DNA of 22,059 nucleotides from an uncultured Myxococcales bacterium (GTDB lineage: Bacteria > Myxococcota > UBA4151): assembly GCA_964013405.1 (NCBI GenBank), contig CAXGWI010000048.1, positions 1-22,059 on the forward strand, in the 5' to 3' direction. How positions within the stretch are numbered: the stretch's first letter is position 1; each line of letters begins with the position of its first letter. A program made the position numbers and the translations under genes. This document shows positions 17,391-22,059 of this stretch, piece after piece. The notes beneath the pieces are model-generated. The model was not told the origin of the DNA, searched no databases, and was given only the letters and a program-made list of their open reading frames with translations.

Positions 17391-17929
17391 TGGGGCGACT
17401 GATTAAGACGGCCCGGCCCCAAGACGACTCGGCACCAATGACCGAGTCCATGATGATCGTGAGCCGGGCTGAAAGCGAAGCCGAAGCGACGATCGACGCG
17501 GCGGAAAAGTCCGGCTACGAAGCAGGAAGAGCCGAAGTCGAGTCCCTGGCTCAAGCGGTAGACGCCCGCTGCACGGAGTTGCGCCGGAGTACTGACAAAC
17601 GTCTCCAATCAGGGATTCGAGATTTGGTCGCACAATGCCTCAGTGATCTCCTCGAAGACGACCAACGCTTCCTCAAACTCGTCCGTAATGCACTGCGTTC
17701 TCAGCGACGAGGCCGGGAGATCTTTCTTCGAGTTCACCCGTCGCGGGCCGCCGCACTCCAGGAGCAAAAAGCGGCCCTCATCGCAGTGCTCGGCCGGGCT
17801 CGAAGCATCGAGATTCGTGAAGACATCACCCTCGGGAGAGACGGCTGTGTGATCGAGACAGACGCTGGTATGCTCGATGTTGGCCTGGGAACCCAACTCT
17901 CGGCCTTGTTCGAAGGGGTTGCGCCATGA
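17390..17929 (+). CDS. sctL: Type III secretion stator SctL/FliH family
   Basis: MGRLIK start overlapping the previous stop; A...[37 protein letters not shown]. The ORF-track start at 17147 is too long. Confidence 0.85.
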   Translation: MGRLIKTARPQDDSAPMTESMMIVSRAESEAEATIDAAEKSGYEAGRAEVESLAQAVDARCTELRRSTDKRLQSGIRDLVAQCLSDLLEDDQRFLKLVRNALRSQRRGREIFLRVHPSRAAALQEQKAALIAVLGRARSIEIREDITLGRDGCVIETDAGMLDVGLGTQLSALFEGVAP

Positions 17930-19770
17930 GCCTCGCACGTAGCCGGCGAATTCCCCAGGCAGAATTGGCGGCATGGCAGGAAGAAAAAGAAGCTCGGCAG
18001 CGGGCCCTTAGCGACGCGGAGCGGATTCTGGCAGAGGCGCAAGCAAGCGCTGCAACGCGCCGGGAGGAACAGCGGGCTCTTGGGAGGCAGGAGGCAGAAA
18101 CAGAGCTCGCTGCCCAGATCATCAAAGCCTACCAGGCGAGAGACGCCACCCTGGCCGAGTGCAGGGACAGTTGTCTTCGGATTCTCACCGACGCATGCCA
18201 TCGAGTCCTGGGTCAGGGGGACTGGCAAGACCACGTGGAGGACGGTGTCGACGCCTTCCTCGCCCAACTCAGGTCACGGGAGAGGCTCTCCATTCAGGTC
18301 CCCAAAAAACCGTCGGTCGATGCCCCCCCCTGGGTGGAATGGAACGGGGAACGAGGGGACTTCTCGATTCAAGATGGCGAACTCCACCTTGCCCTGAATA
18401 CGGACTTTCGACTCAAGGATCTGCTCAGCGAGCAACCGCCGCAAACCACCGGAATCCCTCGCCTGGCCGAGATGGTACGGACCGCCCGACCTGTTCGACT
18501 TCGTGGCACGGTCCACGAACTCACCGGACTGGTCCTGCAAGCCTCTGTCACCGGCGTTCGTATGGGCGAGGTCTGTGAAATCTCGGATCCGGATTCGGAG
18601 CGGGTGGTGCCTTGCGAAGTCGTTGGCTTCCGCGGCAATCACGTCATGCTGATGCCCTTAGGTGAAAGTGCCGGAATTGGTCCGGACTCTGAAGTGGTTC
18701 CAACGGGTCGGCCTATCGAAGTCCGTTGCGGCTGGAACCTGTTGGGCCGGGTCCTCGATGGCCTGGGTCAACCCATCGACGGTGGCCCTCCACTCCAAGA
18801 AATCGAAGGACTCGAACCCTGGCCCGTGGACCGGGAGGCTCCCGACCCGCTTGCGCGCCAGCGAATTACCCGGCCAATCTCGATGGGACTGAAGGCCATC
18901 GATGGGCTGCTCACGGTCGGTGAGGGGCAGCGTATCGGCATCTTCGCTGGCTCCGGCGTCGGTAAATCAACGCTGATGGGCCAGATCGCCCGTAACACGG
19001 CCGCTGAAGTGGTTGTGGTCAGCCTTATCGGTGAACGAGGCCGAGAAGTTCGCGACTTCATTGAAGAAAGTTTGGGTGAAGAGGGGATGAAGAAGAGTGT
19101 CGTGGTCTGCGCGACCTCGGACACCCCGAGCCTCGTGCGACTCAAATCCGCATTTGTGGCCACCGCGATCGCCGAGTGGTTTCGCGACCAAGGGGCTCGA
19201 GTCCTTTTCATGATGGACTCAGCAACTCGCTTCGCCCGATCCCAACGGGAGATCGGTCTCGCCCTCGGTGAACCCCCCGCCCGCCAGGGCTATCCCCCCA
19301 GCGTGTTCGCCCAGATCCCTCGACTCATGGAACGGACAGGCAACTCAGCGAGGGGTTCCATCACCGCACTCTATACAGTGTTGGTCCAGGCTGGAGACAT
19401 GGAGGAGCCCATCGCCGACGAGGTTCGTGGCATTCTCGATGGCCACATTATTCTCAGTCGCGAACTAGGCAGTCGAAATCATTGGCCAGCCATCGATATC
19501 CTCCCGAGCCTGAGCCGAGTGATGGCTTCAGTCGCCGATGACAAACACAAGCGGGCCGCGGCGATCCTTCGAGAGACCCTCGCTACCTATGAGAAGCAAC
19601 GGGATCTGATCCTCCTGGGCGCCTACGATTACGGCACCGACGAAGCGACTGACTACGCTATCGACCGCATCGAAGAGATCGAGACTTTCTTGCGCCAAAG
19701 CACAGAGGAAAACCAATCCCTAGAAACGACGGCGAGCGAATTGGTTCAGTTGTTCTCGGACCGACTGTAG
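17926..19770 (+). CDS. sctN: Type III secretion ATPase SctN/FliI with an in-frame N-terminal SctL/FliH-like extension of about 175 aa
   Basis: [17 protein letters not shown] (Walker A), [22 protein letters not shown] (Walker B), [14 protein letters not shown] and [15 protein letters not shown]. At 614 aa it is far longer than the roughly 440 aa typical of the family. Confidence 0.93.
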   Translation: MSLARSRRIPQAELAAWQEEKEARQRALSDAERILAEAQASAATRREEQRALGRQEAETELAAQIIKAYQARDATLAECRDSCLRILTDACHRVLGQGDWQDHVEDGVDAFLAQLRSRERLSIQVPKKPSVDAPPWVEWNGERGDFSIQDGELHLALNTDFRLKDLLSEQPPQTTGIPRLAEMVRTARPVRLRGTVHELTGLVLQASVTGVRMGEVCEISDPDSERVVPCEVVGFRGNHVMLMPLGESAGIGPDSEVVPTGRPIEVRCGWNLLGRVLDGLGQPIDGGPPLQEIEGLEPWPVDREAPDPLARQRITRPISMGLKAIDGLLTVGEGQRIGIFAGSGVGKSTLMGQIARNTAAEVVVVSLIGERGREVRDFIEESLGEEGMKKSVVVCATSDTPSLVRLKSAFVATAIAEWFRDQGARVLFMMDSATRFARSQREIGLALGEPPARQGYPPSVFAQIPRLMERTGNSARGSITALYTVLVQAGDMEEPIADEVRGILDGHIILSRELGSRNHWPAIDILPSLSRVMASVADDKHKRAAAILRETLATYEKQRDLILLGAYDYGTDEATDYAIDRIEEIETFLRQSTEENQSLETTASELVQLFSDRL

Positions 19771-20250
19771 ATGAGCGAAACGTACCGCCTCGAAACCCTG
19801 CTCAAACTCAGGACCCGAGCCCGAGAGGCTGCCGAACAAGAGTTAGCCCTCAAACGTCAAGCTGAGACCAAGGCCCAGAACCAACTCGACATCGCGACGC
19901 AACTGAAGACCGACCATGAAGACCTGCTTCGTCGGGGTCGGGAAGAACTCTACGACGGTGCTGAGGTCACCATCGGTCTGCTGCAACAGCGGGATGCAGT
20001 CCTCCAGGCCCGAACCATTGAATTGGAAGGCTTGGTCCGAAAAGAGGAGCAGGCAGCGCAAGCCTTGAAAGCGGCCCAGGCAGCGAGCGCTAAAGCGCTG
20101 GCCGAAATGACCCAAGCACGCCAAGAGGAAGAGGCGCTGATCAAGCATCGAGAAACGTGGGAGCGGGAACAAAAGGTGGTTCGAGACCGGCGAGAAGAAG
20201 ACGCGGCCGATGACATCGCCCAGACCACTTGGCGCAACAGGAAGACCTAG
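19771..20250 (+). CDS. sctO: Type III secretion central stalk protein, SctO/FliJ-like
   Basis: Abuts the sctN stop (TAG-ATG). 159-aa coiled coil with YRLETLLKLR.RA.E.A at the N-terminus and H.E.W.....RREE...DD at the C-terminus. Confidence 0.75.
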   Translation: MSETYRLETLLKLRTRAREAAEQELALKRQAETKAQNQLDIATQLKTDHEDLLRRGREELYDGAEVTIGLLQQRDAVLQARTIELEGLVRKEEQAAQALKAAQAASAKALAEMTQARQEEEALIKHRETWEREQKVVRDRREEDAADDIAQTTWRNRKT

Positions 20251-20251
20251 G

Positions 20252-22059
20252 ATGCGGGGCGCCCGACTCGACGCATTCATCCTCGATGTTCGTCTCGGCG
20301 GGGGCGGAATGGGCGAAGTCTATAAGGCGCTCCATGAACCCTCCGGGCGCTTCGTTGCCATCAAACTACTGACCGGTAAGGACCAGACGCAGCGGGAGCG
20401 CCTCCGCCGAAGTGTGAGTCTAGAAGCCGAAGCGCTGGCCCGATTGAGCCACCCAGGGGTTGTGGCCGTCCTCGACCGTGGGGTCGTAGGTCGGGATGCG
20501 GACAGCGATTTGATCCCCGGCGCGCCGTGGCTTGCCATCGAGTTTTGTCGTGGTGGGCACCTGCGGTCAGAACAGGTCGACAGCTGGCAACGTCTGCGGC
20601 CCCTCATCGTCGACCTCCTGCGCGTGCTCGCCCATATTCATGCCCGCGGCATGCTCCATGGCGACCTCAAGCCAGCAAACATCCTCTTTAGTGAGGAGGA
20701 CACGGGCCGTCACCGTCGGCCAAAAATCGCTGACTTTGGTTTGGCTCGGCTGCTGGCTGCCGGTGGTGCGGACTACTCATCAATCGCCGGCACACCCCTC
20801 TATATGGCGCCAGAGCAGATTCGTAATGACTGGCGCCAGATGGGCCCTGCTACCGATCTCTACGGTCTCGCTTGCGTCATCTGGCGACTGCTGACGGGGC
20901 ACAGCCCCCACGGCGTCGATGGCAAGGATATCCATTCCACCCTCTTCGGACACCTGCATTGGGAACCTTGCGAACTGGAGCCCCGCTTTGAGGTTCCAGC
21001 GAGCCTGGAAGCCTGGCTCGCCCGGGCCTTGCAAAAACGCGCCGCTGACCGATTCGCCTGCGCCGCAGATGCCCTGGCCCAACTCCCGGAGTTAAAGGGC
21101 CCGAAGCGCCGGGAGCCAAGCCCAACAGAAGCGCTTCATTCCGACGCGCTTCCCTCGACCCGAATCGTCTGGTCGCCAGAGATTTCTGGAACAGCCCTCG
21201 CTGGCTTAATGGAGACGGTTTGGCCTGTCCCCAATATGGCGGGATCGGAACGGGTAAAGGTGCCACCGCGTCCTCCATCGGGCATCCGGCCCCGACCCAA
21301 CCGTCCCTGTCCAACGGCTGAAGACTGGCGGCTTGAGTGGAGCATTGGCACCCGCCCGCTCCTGGGGCCGGGGCTGGGCTTACTCAGTTTGAGGAGCCTA
21401 CCGCCCCTGGGGCGTAGCGACTTAAAAGACGAGATGTGGGACCTCCTTCGGCGAGTCGCAGCGGACCGCCAACCGCGCTGGGTTCGCCTGGAAGGGCGTG
21501 GTGGTGTTGGCACCAGCCACATGATCCGGTGGCTCACGGAACGGGCTCTCGAACTGGGGGCTGCCCAAGTCTGGCGAGTCCATCCCCGGCCAGGACGCTA
21601 CGGCCTGCTCGAGGCGCTTACTGAATTGCTCCGTTGCGGTAGCCTCACCGGCTTGGATTTGGCCGATCATTTACAGGCCGTATTACCGAGTCTTCGGCCC
21701 GCGGACCGGCAAGCCCTACAGACAAGCCTCGAAGAGGGCGGCGAGTCGGAACGGGGCTTTCATGCTCTGATCTGGCAGGTTCTCCGAGCCCTGACACAGC
21801 AGCGCCCATTGATTCTTGCCTTCGACGACATCGTGCATCAGGCCGAAGCACTGGATCTTGTTGACCTGATCTTCGACCGGGCGGCCCTGCGGCCCATTCC
21901 GGTGCTCGTCATCATGGCGACCAGTCGCGAAGAGCTTGCAGCCTCGCCGATTCTCGGCCGCCAACTGCAGATGGCTGAGTCCTTGGCTGAAGGCTTCTCA
22001 AGGGAGGTCGCACCGCTGTCACCCTTGGCCATTCGGGCAGTCCTCGACCAGCTCATCCA
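20252..22059 (+). CDS. Ser/Thr protein kinase fused to an AAA/STAND-like ATPase domain (partial, runs off the window; not in the ORF track)
   Basis: Hand translation from ATG 20252 gives LGGGGMGEVYKA, VAIK, LEAEALARLSHPGVV, HGDLKPANIL, KIADFGLA, GTPLYMAPEQ and DLYGLAC, then LGR..., LEGRGGVGTS and PLILAFDD. No stop before the window end. Confidence 0.9.
   Translation, partial: MRGARLDAFILDVRLGGGGMGEVYKALHEPSGRFVAIKLLTGKDQTQRERLRRSVSLEAEALARLSHPGVVAVLDRGVVGRDADSDLIPGAPWLAIEFCRGGHLRSEQVDSWQRLRPLIVDLLRVLAHIHARGMLHGDLKPANILFSEEDTGRHRRPKIADFGLARLLAAGGADYSSIAGTPLYMAPEQIRNDWRQMGPATDLYGLACVIWRLLTGHSPHGVDGKDIHSTLFGHLHWEPCELEPRFEVPASLEAWLARALQKRAADRFACAADALAQLPELKGPKRREPSPTEALHSDALPSTRIVWSPEISGTALAGLMETVWPVPNMAGSERVKVPPRPPSGIRPRPNRPCPTAEDWRLEWSIGTRPLLGPGLGLLSLRSLPPLGRSDLKDEMWDLLRRVAADRQPRWVRLEGRGGVGTSHMIRWLTERALELGAAQVWRVHPRPGRYGLLEALTELLRCGSLTGLDLADHLQAVLPSLRPADRQALQTSLEEGGESERGFHALIWQVLRALTQQRPLILAFDDIVHQAEALDLVDLIFDRAALRPIPVLVIMATSREELAASPILGRQLQMAESLAEGFSREVAPLSPLAIRAVLDQLI

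Noticed and set aside
15658..20250. Reading the cluster as a flagellar fliF-G-H-I-J operon or an F/V-type ATP synthase
   Set aside because: The first gene is a short lipoprotein of SctJ type rather than a two-TM FliF, the ATPase motifs are SctN/FliI-type, and no Fo/Vo or flagellar axial genes are present.
20320..22056. Several short minus-strand ORFs at the right end
   Set aside because: All are antisense to the continuous plus-strand kinase frame starting at 20252.

Overview
GC-rich bacterial DNA, probably from a Myxococcota/deltaproteobacterium-like organism (inferred from myxobacterial Cys-rich repeat lipoproteins, a Myxo-type T3SS cluster and a kinase-ATPase protein). Contents, left to right: the 3' end of an unknown gene; a deoxyhypusine-synthase-like gene (-); a three-gene exported-protein operon (+) behind a near-consensus sigma70 promoter (two-CxxCH lipoprotein, Tat-exported DUF1501 protein, Cys-rich/TSP3 lipoprotein); a minus-strand block of a 27-repeat Cys-rich lipoprotein, lemA and an M48/HtpX-like protein with a degenerate active site; a CBS protein (+); yajQ, rimO, a TPR/cNMP protein and an HD protein (-); and a tightly coupled type III secretion-type operon (+): sctJ, a FliG-like gene in the sctK slot, sctL, an SctL-like::SctN fusion, sctO, and a Ser/Thr kinase-ATPase gene that runs off the window and is missing from the ORF track. 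The most notable item is this T3SS-like module: a second stator is fused in frame to the ATPase, no export gate, SctQ or needle genes follow sctO, and a kinase with a degenerate P-loop follows instead. All calls come from reading motifs by eye; no searches were run.
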